The notes under the pieces are model-generated. The model worked only from the letters and a program-made list of their open reading frames with translations, searched no databases and was not told the origin of the DNA. This document shows positions 1 to 11,640 of a DNA stretch of 64,000 nucleotides, piece by piece (position 1 is the stretch's first letter; each line of letters opens with the position of its first letter). Where the stretch lies: contig NC_068986.1 in assembly GCF_001194135.2 (NCBI RefSeq), positions 34,798,615 to 34,862,614 of the forward strand, in the 5' to 3' direction. This DNA comes from Octopus bimaculoides. Lineage: Eukaryota. Position numbers and translations under genes: made by a program.

Positions 1-648
1 GGTATATAGTTTGGTAATTACACCAGGCTACCAACAATAAAACATGAATTCAAACTTCTCCAAGTTGCTTATGTTTGTTCTCTTCTGTGTATTTGTGTGT
101 GTGCGTACGTGCATGCGTGCTCTTTATATCTGAAGCAACATATTGCGTAAATGTAAGCATGACACCATAAGAAATTCCATTAGATGCACTAAACTTGTCA
201 AGTATGGTATAATCCCCTCCTGTCATCGGCCTTGTATGTAATGAGAGTGTGGGTGTGTGAATTTGTGACAGCAGCTTGAATGAATTCTTAACAATTACTT
301 CAGCAGAAGTTCAGGTCAGTCCTACTTAAATTCACTAGTCCGCTTAATGCCAACAGTCCTTCTCCATGGGGCTGGTGGTTGGAAATGGAAACTAGATTCA
401 ACGAGACACTTCCCAGTTGGTAATGATTTTAGTCCTTGTCATTTGTTAATGACCGAGCCACAACACTAACACTTGATGTAACCATATGAATAAGCTCTTT
501 ATTTAAAACCACATTAATATTGCTCTGCAGTTTGTATCAATTTATATATATATGTATTGTTGATGCCATAAGAGTTTAAAAACTTTGAGAGAACATGAAA
601 TAATTTCTTTTTGAAATGGTGGAACTTGAAGTAGATAACGCTATAAAT

Positions 649-855
649 TGGGTTCTCAACCATTTCTTATCTATGGACCCCTTTGATTACTATTTTATTT
701 TGGTAGACCCCATAGCCATTGAAAAATTAGTTTTATAGAAAGTTCCTTAAAAAAATTCGCACATTGACTTGTGTAGGTTGAACTATGTAGAATCTTAGAG
801 AAAGAAACCCAGCTGTTTGTCTTGCAATACATACCAATACATAAATCTAAAGCAA
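649..855. mobile_element. Partial hAT-like MITE
   Basis: Begins GGGTTCTCAAC and has GGACCCC motifs typical of hAT-derived MITE ends. The second end is not evident. Confidence 0.4.
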
Positions 856-860
856 GACCA

Positions 861-1020
861 TCAAGCCCCAGTGATCAACTGGTTCTTATTTTATTGACCT
901 CTAAAAGACGAAAGGTAAAGTTGACCCTGGCAGAATCTGAACTCAGAGCAATAAAGATGGACTAAATGTTGCTAAGCATTTTGCCTGGCATGCTAACAAT
1001 TCTGCCAGCTCCGCTGCTTT
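861..1020 (-). mobile_element. SINE family B (tRNA-derived, Meta-domain-like core), partial
   Basis: Reverse complement of the GAGTTCAAATT B-box and the GCCTTTCATCC..ATAAGTACCAG core. Confidence 0.75.
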
Positions 1021-1412
1021 ACACTGAAGCTATATAATATTAATTGTAGATAATGATCAGAAAATTGAATATAATTGTTTGTCATTAGTAAATAATGCTG
1101 CTTGAAACTGTTTATACTTTTGATTGTGTGTCTGTGTGTGTGTGTGTGGTTTCTCTCCTAACCTCTTTTGGAAGCAAAAAATAAAAAAAAAGAAAATAAA
1201 GGAAAACTACACAAGCTGTCAGAATGACATGGTTTGTATTTACATAGAATTAATCAGCCAGGATTTGTTTCTTTACTTGTTATTAACAGACCATGACATG
1301 TAGTATGTAACAATTAGAAGATATCTCCATAGGTGTTCTTATTTCATTAATTACATTAATTATTTTACAGGTCGTTTGTCAGCCTTCAACAACAGAAGCA
1401 ACAACAACAACA

Positions 1413-1633
1413 ATAATGCTTTCTACTGAAGGCACAAGACCTTGAAATTTTGGGGAAGGGGATTAATCGATTACATCAACCCAGTGTTTCACTGGTACTT
1501 AATTTATTAACCCTGAAAGGATGAAAAGCAAATTCGACCTCCTCGGCGGAATTGAACTCAGAATGTAGCAGCAGATGAAATACTGCTAAGCATTTTGTCC
1601 TGTGTGCTAACGATTCTGCCAGCTAACCACCTT
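1413..1633 (-). mobile_element. SINE family B, full length
   Basis: Head AAGGTGGTTAGCTGGCAGAATCG, B-box, core and (TTG/ATT)n tail, all on the minus strand. Confidence 0.85.
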
Positions 1634-1853
1634 AATAATAATATCAAAAACAAGAGCAACAACATGAGATTTTGTCATTGTGCAAATTAGTTTTATCCTA
1701 CACTTCACAAATTTCCTTTTTGCATTTGTTTTATAAGATTCTTGATTTGAAATGGTGCATCAAAACAGATGTTTTTTTATCTTGGGAGGGTCATTTTACT
1801 TATAAAGAATTACACGCACTGATTCTATTATACTTTATTATTATTACTATTTG

Positions 1854-2024
1854 TCAACTAGATAACCAGTCAACTGATTGATTGCTTGATTAAGATCAGC
1901 GCTTGGATTAACAAGGACGTGTCACTGATGAGGTTGTGAATATCGGTGAAAGGGTTCCGACAAACCAACTGATTGAGTGAACATTTAATCAGGCAATCTA
2001 TTAGTTAATTGGTTAACTAGTTGA
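1854..2024 (+). repeat. Long imperfect inverted repeat enclosing a hammerhead-like core
   Basis: Arms 1854-1893 and 1985-2024 match 34/40. CTGATGA at 1925 and GAAA at 1948 lie in the loop. Confidence 0.7.
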
Positions 2025-2067
2025 TGACGATGACAACAACAACAACAAAAACTACTACTACTACTAC

Positions 2068-2101
<34 letters not shown>

Positions 2102-2883
2102 AATAATAATAAATGAAGAAGGGAAATAGAACCACTATGTGTGTTTCTTTTTGACAAAATGGACTTTCAAAGATAAAAAAAAGTTTTACAAATTATTCTG
2201 TGAGATAACCAAGATCATTGTAGCGTCACCGCTTTGCCAATATTTTCATTTAGCATGATACAAGTCCATTCAAACATGTCTTCTTATCGTAGGTGTTGAA
2301 TTAATTAAATTCAGGCTTGGGATCGAGTGTTTCAGTATTATGTTGATAGACTCAGTAGAGTGATAGACAAAAATGCTTTGCGGTATTCATTTGTAAAGCT
2401 TTGTGTTGTAAGTTTAAATTCTCCCAAAAACCAACTTCATTTAAAAAATTTTTTTTATTCTTTCACTCTTTTTCACTGATTGTAAAATAAGGATCAGTTG
2501 AATATGGAAGGGTTGCTCCAATCAATTCTCAAAAACAGTNNNNNNNNNNACATTTTTAGCATAAAACCTTATTTTGCTCCCTGGTGACTAAACATTTTTT
2601 TTTTTAAAGATTTTTCTTTTATGTTTTACAAGTTTAATTAGTTCTTTTGTTTATTTATTTATTTATTTTTTTCATGGGTGATGGTGGAGTAATTAACCTC
2701 ATACACTGACTAAATACCAGTTCTTTCCCAGTTAAGTTTCTTAATTAGCTAATTTCATTGTCATTCAGGCAAGATTTATGCTCAACATTTTCCCAATAGG
2801 TGTTATTTAGTTTGTAAATCAGCTTTTTCTTTCTTTTCTTTCTTAAATTTGTATCATTATTATTGTTGACGTTGTTATTAGAA

Positions 2884-3004
2884 AGGGTAGTGGGTTGGCA
2901 AAATCATTAAAGCACCAGACAAAATTCTTTGCAGCATTTGTTTCTGTACTTTGTTTTGTATTCAAATAAAGTACCAGTCAAGTATTGGGCTGATGGTGTT
3001 GACT

Positions 3005-3059
<55 letters not shown>

Positions 3060-3529
3060 TCAAAATTGCTGGCCTTGTGCATAAATCAGAAACTACTACT
3101 ATTATTAATATTAAGGCGGCAAGCTGACAGAATCATTAGCATGCTTAGCAGTATTTCGCCTGATGCTACATTCAGAGTTCAAATTCCACCGAGGTTGACT
3201 TTGTCTTCCATCCTTTTGGGGTTGATAAATTAAGTACCAGTGAAGCACTGGGGTCAATGTAATCAACTAGTCCCCTCCCCCAACATTTCAGGCCTTTAAT
3301 AGAAAAGATTATTATTATTATTATTAAGATAGTGAGCTGGCATAATTGTTAGCACGCTGGACAAAATGCTTAGTGGTGTTTCACCCATCGCTACATTCTG
3401 AGTTCAAATTCCACCAAGGTTTACTTTGCCTTTCATCCTTTGTGGGTTGATAAAATGAGTACCAGTTGAGTACTGGGTTCTATGTAATCAACTAGAGACC
3501 CTCCCCCAAAATTTTGGGCCTTGTTATTA

Positions 3530-3576
<47 letters not shown>

Positions 3577-3790
3577 GATATTATTATTCTGGCAGAATTG
3601 TTAGCAGATCGGACAAAATGCTTCGTGGCATTTCTTTTAGTTTTTTCACATACTGAATTTGAATTCGGCCAAGGTCAACTGTGCCTTTCATCCCTTTGTA
3701 GTTAATGAAACAAGTACCAGTTGACTACTGAGGTCAATTACATTGACCCAAAATTTCAGGCCTTGTGCCTATAGTAAAAACAGATTATTT
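2884..3790 (+). mobile_element. Head-to-tail array of four SINE B copies
   Basis: Copies start at about 2884, 3113, 3326 and 3589, each separated by an (ACT)/(ATT)n tail. The first copy is interrupted by (CT)n. Confidence 0.85.
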
Positions 3791-5000
3791 ATTTTATTTA
3801 TTGGTTATTTTCACTATTCTAACTACTTACTTGGGTTAAAATGTTTGCATTTTCCCGTGCAGGGTTAGGTTCAAGAAAAGGTTAAAAAAAAAGAAGAAAT
3901 GAATAAAAAAAAAGAACCTGAAAAGTCTCTACAATATATAATGTTATTGTGTTTAAAAAATGAATAGATTTTCAATGCAACTTCTCGTTCTCTTTAGCCA
4001 TTTATTTCATTTCCTCTAGGTGATCATTATTTTCTTTCCAGACAAACTCAGCATTCAATATTCTAATTATGTTCATATACAAATGGTGTTTTAAATGCTT
4101 TTTTTTTTTGTTTTGTTTTCTTATCTATCTACTAGATCTAAATTGTGTGTCTGTGTGTCCTTCATTATCCAACTTTCTTCAGTTCAGTTAAAAACCTTTC
4201 AGAAAGCAACAATAGCTGTCACCAATCTCTCTTACTGTAAATATAACAGTTCCCCCACCACCACCACCACCACCACTCTCTCTCTCTCTCTCTCTCTCTG
4301 CCAGCACTAGTATAAGAAACTATTGATTCGTTAATGTAACTAACTAATTGATGCATCACTGATGAGCAAAAGGTTCGAATGTAATTAATAATTAGTTAGT
4401 GAAAAACCAGTGAGGGCTAATATCTGTCTACTGTATATAGCTATCAATGATATGATACAATTAGAGATTGACAAATAATAATGATGATGATGATGGTGAT
4501 GATGATGATTGTAATTCAGGATGTACAGTTACATTTTTATTTCTCAAAATTGTTTCTGTTGAAAGCTTTATGTCAACAGAATCATCTTGGTGAGCAGTAT
4601 ACAATATGAGGCTATTGAGTGCATATGTGAAGACACATGAAGTTCCTTTTCTTATAAATGGTTCATTTAATGTCAAATAGGATCAAAGTTTTGTTCAATG
4701 ATATCATTTTTCATCCTGGGACCACTAGATTCCTGATCATCATTCTCGAGATGACTTCATCTCTGCTTTTAAGCACTGACTGACCATAAAGGCCGCGATA
4801 TGCTTAATAACTTTGAACTTATTTGGGTTGTCTGCTGGGAAGCTTTAATACATGTCTGAATGAAGTGGAATCTTAGAAATTCAAGGTAAAATGAGACAAA
4901 TTCTGTGTAGGAATTGTGTAGGAATACCTTTAACTGACTAATAAGTGCAGGAACAAAGAATATTTTGCTTTGTGTAAACTATGCAGCTAGTGGACTTCAC

Positions 5001-5042
<42 letters not shown>

Positions 5043-5304
5043 AACATTGCTATTTCTGGTATCTACTTTTTTTTTTCATTCCATGCTGCTTAAGTTTTGC
5101 TATTATTTGGGATTCATAAAGAACACTACAAATAGCAGCAAAAATTGTTTATTCTGTGCTTGAAATTACCAGTTTCTTTTGATTCTCTAAAATATAATAA
5201 TGCAGGAGAAGTTTGTTATTCTGAGATTCCAGAAAAATAATGTCAGAACCAAACATTTCAAGAACAACTTTATCAGCTTATCATTAAATTTAGCTTATGG
5301 TGTG

Positions 5305-5605
5305 AAGGCACATGGCTCATTGGGCTTACATTCGTGGGGTTGTTAGTTCGATTCCTGGACTGGGCTGTGTGTTATGTTCTTGAGCAAGACACTTTATTTC
5401 ATGTTGATCCAATGAGTAGTGATGTCACTGGTGCCAAGCTGCATCAGCCTTTGCCTTCCCCTTGGATAATATTCTTGGCATGGAGTGGGGAAGCTGGTAT
5501 GCATGGACGACTGCTGGTCTTCCATAAACAACCTTCCCTGGACTTGTTCCTCTGAGGAAAACTTTCTAGGTGCAATCTCATAGTCATTCATGATGAAAGG
5601 GGATG
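5305..5605 (+). mobile_element. tRNA-derived CORE-like SINE (C-related head, different 3' end)
   Basis: GTTCGATTCC B-box and TTCTTGAGCAAGACACTT core. Its 3' part recurs inverted at about 35615-35700. Confidence 0.65.
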
Positions 5606-5791
5606 TTTACCTTTTTTTTTTTTTTGGTTTATGGTACTGTTGTTAATGGCTGTGATGACTCCATTTCCTCCTCATCACCATTCTAGTCGGTCCTGAAATT
5701 AAATTCAGCTTCCCCAGTACAGTTTGGTTTCTCATTCCAGAGTAAGCTTTGAACCCAGAAATATAAACGCAAACTGCATGGGTACTATTAA

Positions 5792-6005
5792 CCCTTTAGC
5801 ATTTAAACTGACCATATCCAACCCAAATATTTTACTTTTTATATTCAAACCAACCAGATCTAGCCTCTCACATCTACCCGACAATGTCAGCTTTAAAATA
5901 AACAGTCGCATCATTGAAATCTCAAAGCTACAAGATAATGTGATATTAATTCAAAACAATGTGAATAAATATTACATTTGATAGAATAATCTCAATGCTA
6001 AATGG
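5792..6005. mobile_element. piggyBac-like MITE family E
   Basis: TTAA (5788-5791) CCCTTTAGCATT ... AATGCTAAATGG TTAA (6006-6009). CCC-starting TIRs with a TTAA TSD are piggyBac hallmarks. Confidence 0.85.
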
Positions 6006-7397
6006 TTAAATATTCTGATATGTTCAGACTAGTATCTTCACTTTGGTTGTTATAGTCACAGTATTTCAGCCATTGTAACCTACAGCCTTTTTCAGCTGTC
6101 TGTCGCATTTGATAATGTTCTCAGAATTTCTAATCGGGTTTTTGTTTTTGAGAGTCCATGATAGGTAAATTGTTCTCATTCCATCGTCCATACCAGGGAT
6201 ATCCTTTTTAGTTCTCTTACATGTGATACTGTTTGTTAGTTCATTGTGCGTCAGCTAGAGTGAGTGAGCAAGTATGTGTTTATACATATATACATACATA
6301 GGTTGATTGATCCATGAATTGAACTCAGCACCCACTAGCTATACTGCTACACTCAACACTTAATTCTTAATTAGTGCTTATGTTCATTATCCTATTTACC
6401 CCATTGTCTCATAGGACTATCCAGGCCACTCTGTCCCATTTTCCCCCTCGTACTGTTCTTATACACTCATGGAAACAATGATATGAATCTATATTCTGAT
6501 AGTATAACACAAGCTTGCCAGGGATGCAAGCCTCAGTTATAACGGTTACACTGAGTGACAATATTAGATGACGTGTGTGTGTATGCGTTGATTCATCATT
6601 ACCATCATAACATGATTTTTTTTATCTTCATGTGGATTTTACAGTACACAATATCTCTATTATCTTATCTACGAAGGCCGACATTCTTAGATCTGATGTC
6701 ATCTAATCTTTTTCTGTTTTCTTTTTCATCCACCACAAACATCTTCCATTGTCAGCTCATGGCACTTTTTTTCTTCTTTTTTTTATTCTCTCTCTCTCTC
6801 TCAACCAGCAGGTGTTATTAATTCGCATTACATGCTTACATCACCAGCACACAACTGCCTTTAATATTCAGCCATTTTACTCTGTTCACTTGTGCTTAGC
6901 CCGAATGATTAGAACATAATAAGCAGTTATATAGGTGTACGATTCTTGTTGTTACCCAGTAAAATATCATAGTGAAAAGAAGTGAATTGCTATACACATG
7001 TCAGTCAATCTACAAATTACAATGACAGCGTATGTAATATCTTCTCCGATTTCTTTTCTATTGTCCCAATTGATTGAAATTAGATTGAAGTGGTTGTTTG
7101 TCTATTTATAAATAGTTAAAACTTTATTGATTTTTATGGAAAGTGTTTAGATATACTACCCACCCCCCACACACACACTCTCTGTTTTCACTTATGTTAA
7201 TATTTGAAAGGAATATGATTTTTTTCCCCTACTTTCCAACTCTTCAAATCTTGATTCAGCATTGCTGTTATATATTCTTGCTTTTTTTTTTTTTTTGTTC
7301 ACCTGTATAGTTTAAAGCATGAGAAATTTAATAAAAAACACTAACACTAATAAAAAGAACAAGCATGCATGTTCAATAATGGCTGTTCTTAGCTAGG

Positions 7398-7720
7398 TAT
7401 CATCATCATCATCATCATTGTTTTAATGTCCACTTAATCCATTTTTGTATGAGTCTGACAGAATGTGTTGAAGCAGATTTTCTATGGCTAGATGCCTACC
7501 CTTCCTGTCACCAACTCTCACCTCTTTCTAAGCAGGGTAATATTCCCCTGTGGCCAGACATGCTTTCATGGAAGAGAGGAAGCATACACACAATGAGATT
7601 TTTCCAGTCTATTAAATCCACAGTCCATTCATGAGACTTTGGTTGACCTGGAGGTATAGTAGAAGATACTTGCCTAAGATGCCATGCAGTAGAACTGAGC
7701 TCAAAACCATACAGCCATAC
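7398..7720 (-). mobile_element. (GAT)n-tailed repeat (D2 variant) plus SINE A head fragment
   Basis: GATGCC..CTTCCTGTCACCAAC core with a (CAT)n tail, followed by a TAGAAGATACTTGCC SINE A piece. Confidence 0.6.
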
Positions 7721-8219
7721 TTGAGTCTTGTATATCTGCTTGAATTTACAAATGGTTTTTGGAAAATAATCAGAACATGTTGTGGCATTTATTCATTTAT
7801 CTGAAGCTGTGTTTCACTCTATCATAACTCCAAAAAACACAGTTTTGTTATTCAAACAAAATGGACCATTATTCCTTGATACCAATGTGGAATGATGCAT
7901 TTACAGTGTTACAGAGTTATAAATGTTACTATTTCACTTAGTAGTAAATAATATTCATTCTTTAATTAACTACATCCGTCTCTTTTTTAGTTGTTAGTTT
8001 TCAAGGCTGACAACTTCAGTGATTCACTAGAAAAGTAAACAAACAGATCTGCATATCTTGATTAGAATATAATTTGATGATAAGTAAATTAATTAGTGAT
8101 TTTGAAAGAGATACACAAACACCAAACATCAAATTTATTGGTTTCATTTGTACATGTATACATAAAATGTTTGCAAGTAGGAGGTTTTTTTTAGGTTTAT
8201 TTTTGGTGCTTATATTGTT

Positions 8220-8310
8220 TAGCTCTTGGAGATTGGCCCTGTTCTAGCAGATTTATGATCAAAGGAATTCTGGCTGTGTTTCTCAGACTACATTATTTTG
8301 ATGTGTCCTC
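8220..8310 (-). mobile_element. 3' end of (CAA)n-tailed retroposon family G
   Basis: TTGTTTAG..GATCAAAGGAATTC similar to 18650, 29920, 30370, 33015 and 62225. Confidence 0.5.
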
Positions 8311-8335
8311 CTATATATATATATACATACATACA

Positions 8336-8371
<36 letters not shown>

Positions 8372-8474
8372 CTTATCTATATACATACAGATATACACAC
8401 ATACATTACATACATACACATGTATATGTGTGTGTGTATATATGTATATTGTGTAGATATATACATATATGTAT

Positions 8475-9370
8475 CATCAACATCATCATCATCATTTAAT
8501 GTCTGTTTTCCATGCAGTCATGGGTTGAACAGTTTGACTGGAGCTGGCTAGGCTTAAGACTGCACCATGTTTCATTCTCTGTTTTGGCATGTCTTTTTTA
8601 TATTTTTATGGCTGGATGCCCTTCCTAACACCAGCCACTCTGCAGAGTGGACTGAATGCTTTTTACATGGCAACAACACAGGGCGAGGTCAGTTTTGGCA
8701 TGGGTTTTTTTTTCACAGTTGGATGCCCTTCCAAATGCCAACCACTCTACAGTGTGGACTGAATGCTTTTTACGTGGCACCAGCACTGGCAGGGTCACCA
8801 AGTGACTTGCAAGACAGAAAGATCCTTTGAGAAGGGAGTGAGTGTTGGAAGAGGGGATTTTGTGCCAGATGATGAAAGGTTAAAGTGTGACAAGGAGTCA
8901 GAAACAGGTGTCTCACTGTTGAGATCTATGGTTACCTGGTTTGAGAGACAGAAGGAGTGATCAAGACTGAGGCCAGTAGCGGGTGTTTTGCATGGTTAAC
9001 TAGTCTGAGACATAGAGCAAGAAGAAGAGTGCAAGAGAGCAGGAGAGAAATGGTGACAAAGTGCCAGGGTATGCTCTAACAAGGAACAGGGGCCAGAATA
9101 TAAATAGGATGGTAGAGAAGGGCCAGGGAGAGATAAGTGGTGGCAAAGTGGTAGGGTATTGCCAAGGTGCATGAGTAGTGAGTAGATACTTTAAATGAAT
9201 GCAAGGAACGTGGGGGTGGGGTATACAGCGACTGGTAAAACGTGGGCATATATAGTGGGGGTTGGGGACACAGTATGGTGTGATTTGAGGGAGATTTGAC
9301 TGCTGTTTTATACAATTTAGTAACTGTATGAATGGCTTCTTCATGGTGTAGTGGTCATGGTTTGTCCCTT
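8475..9370 (-). mobile_element. Long 3' region of LINE-related family D with an internal duplication of about 110 bp
   Basis: (CAT)n tail. The GGATGCCCTTCC..CCACTCT(G/A)CAG block occurs twice (about 8610 and 8720), followed by a purine-rich body. Confidence 0.65.
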
Positions 9371-11606
9371 AAAAACAGTTGGTTGCTTAACGTCTAAAAG
9401 TGTGTTTATCATTAGACTGTCATGGCCAAAAGCTTCACATTCTGTAATGGATTTATTGGTGTTCATAAGCCTTGAGTGGTTTTTAACTCTCATCTACTGT
9501 TAACAAACGCAATCATTTTCACACTCCCCTGGCACTACAACAAATGCCAGTTTGATAAAATGAAAACCTTGTCTCTCAGATATTTGGTCAATCATTTTTA
9601 CATACACTCCTGTATGTCTGGTTTAGTTTATACACTGCTAGGGAAGTTCTATTGTTGCCTCTGCTGTTTTTCCAACCGACTATTTTAGCCATAAAATAAA
9701 CTATTTTGGAATCCATAGAAAATCTCCTGCAGCCTATTTCAGCTGTCAGTTTTTGATGATGCTTTTTACTTTCTAGAATCTCTAGATTGCGTGATAACTA
9801 CTGTTAGCTGCTTCAAGTAGATGTTTGATTAACTATATAAGGAACTACTTTAACAACAAACTTGTACTTCATTTCCATCATTACTATAAGGACATGTGTG
9901 TGTGTGTGTTTATATATATATATATATATATNNNNNNNNNNNNNNNNNNNNNNNNNNNNNNNNNNNNNNNNNNNNNNNNNNNNNNNNNNNNNNNNNNNNN
10001 NNNNNNNNNNNNNNNNNNNNNNNNNNNNNNNNNNNNNNNNNNNNNNNNNNNNNNNNNNNNNNNNNNNNNNNNNNNNNNNNNNNNNNNNNNNNNNNNNNNN
10101 NNNNNNNNNNNNNNNNNNNNNNNNNNNNNNNNNNNNNNNNNNNNNNNNNNNNNNNNNNNNNNNNNNNNNNNNNNNNNNNNNNNNNNNNNNNNNNNNNNNN
10201 NNNNNNNNNNNNNNNNNNNNNNNNNNNNNNNNNNNNNNNNNNNNNNNNNNNNNNNNNNNNNNNNNNNNNNNNNNNNNNNNNNNNNNNNNNNNNNNNNNNN
10301 NNNNNNNNNNNNNNNNNNNNNNNNNNNNNNNNNNNNNNNNNNNNNNNNNNNNNNNNNNNNNNNNNNNNNNNNNNNNNNNNNNNNNNNNNNNNNNNNNNNN
10401 NNNNNNNNNNNNNNNNNNNNNNNNNNNNNNNNNNNNNNNNNNNNNNNNNNNNNNNNNNNNNNNNNNNNNNNNNNNNNNNNNNNNNNNNNNNNNNNNNNNN
10501 NNNNNNNNNNNNNNNNNNNNNNNNNNNNNNNNNNNNNNNNNNNNNNNNNNNNNNNNNNNNNNNNNNNNNNNNNNNNNAAGAGAAGCATATAATTAGAAGA
10601 CCAATGGTTCTCAAGCTGCAAAGTGAACATTTTTCTTGCTTATTATTTATTTACAAATTGACTTATATTGCTGTTCATATTTCAAATTGCTATTATTAAA
10701 AGCCATCTATCTTATTCTCCGACTTTACTCCTTCAGCTTTTCTTCATCGTTCTTCAGCCAACATATCTCCTGATTTTGCATTCCTTTTTCTAACCCACCC
10801 CTCCTCTCTTCTCCCTCTCTCTCTCTCTCTCATTCTAAACCCTTTTATTCTCCCCTTTTATTCATCCACACATCTCAGTTTTCATTATATTTCATCATTG
10901 TTTGCTTCTTTTCATTTTTGTTTCTTTCCATCTTGACCACATTCATTCCTTTTCTCTCAAACTGCCTTTGTGTTTCCTTCTTTCACACCCTCTTTCTCTT
11001 CGTTTACCTCATTACTCACCATGCATTCACTCCCATCTCTCTCTCTCTCTCTAACCTATTTAATTTAACTCCTCTCACTACATTTCTCACCATCTCTTCT
11101 AAATCTCCCTTTCTTCCCCTTCTACACTCTTACATCACATTTTCCTTTATCTTTTTCCCTGTCTCCTTACAAACACCTCTCTTCAGACCCATCCATCCTT
11201 CTGAACGTACAAAGATACCTTCAAGATTATTATTACCTGATTTCTTATAAATTTCTCTGTAAATATAATTCAACATTTGCTTAGGTGGATTCCATCCTAG
11301 CCCACCATTCCATGTCTTTACCTTGTTCCTTCTCAGTCTTTCATCAGGAACCTGAAAGAGTTTTAAAGTCTTGTGTTGCTAAACCAACCAGAAAAGACTA
11401 AGATTCAATGAGTTTGAATTCAAAATATATGCTTTAGTGTAATCTCATTAAAATGGTATTTGAAGCAGTTGTAAGGTATATGCTATCAGTGTATTATATC
11501 ATATTTCTCTCTCTGCTGCAGAATGCTGATTGGCAGTATGGACAGAGATTTAGGAGAGAGTTAAAGCTTGTTAGAATCATAATGGTGTGGATGGTGATTG
11601 TTGCTG

Positions 11607-11640
<34 letters not shown>

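Noticed and set aside
272-320. Possible small exon ending CAG|GTCAGT at 314/315
   Set aside because: Available acceptors give 43, 40, 11 or 8 nt, incompatible with a phase-0 cassette, and the peptide has no TCF similarity.
9825-10699. Long ORFs spanning N runs (also at about 13853, 31012, 33434, 34702, 46967, 48796, 52153)
   Set aside because: Length comes from untranslatable Ns and the flanks are microsatellite translations.
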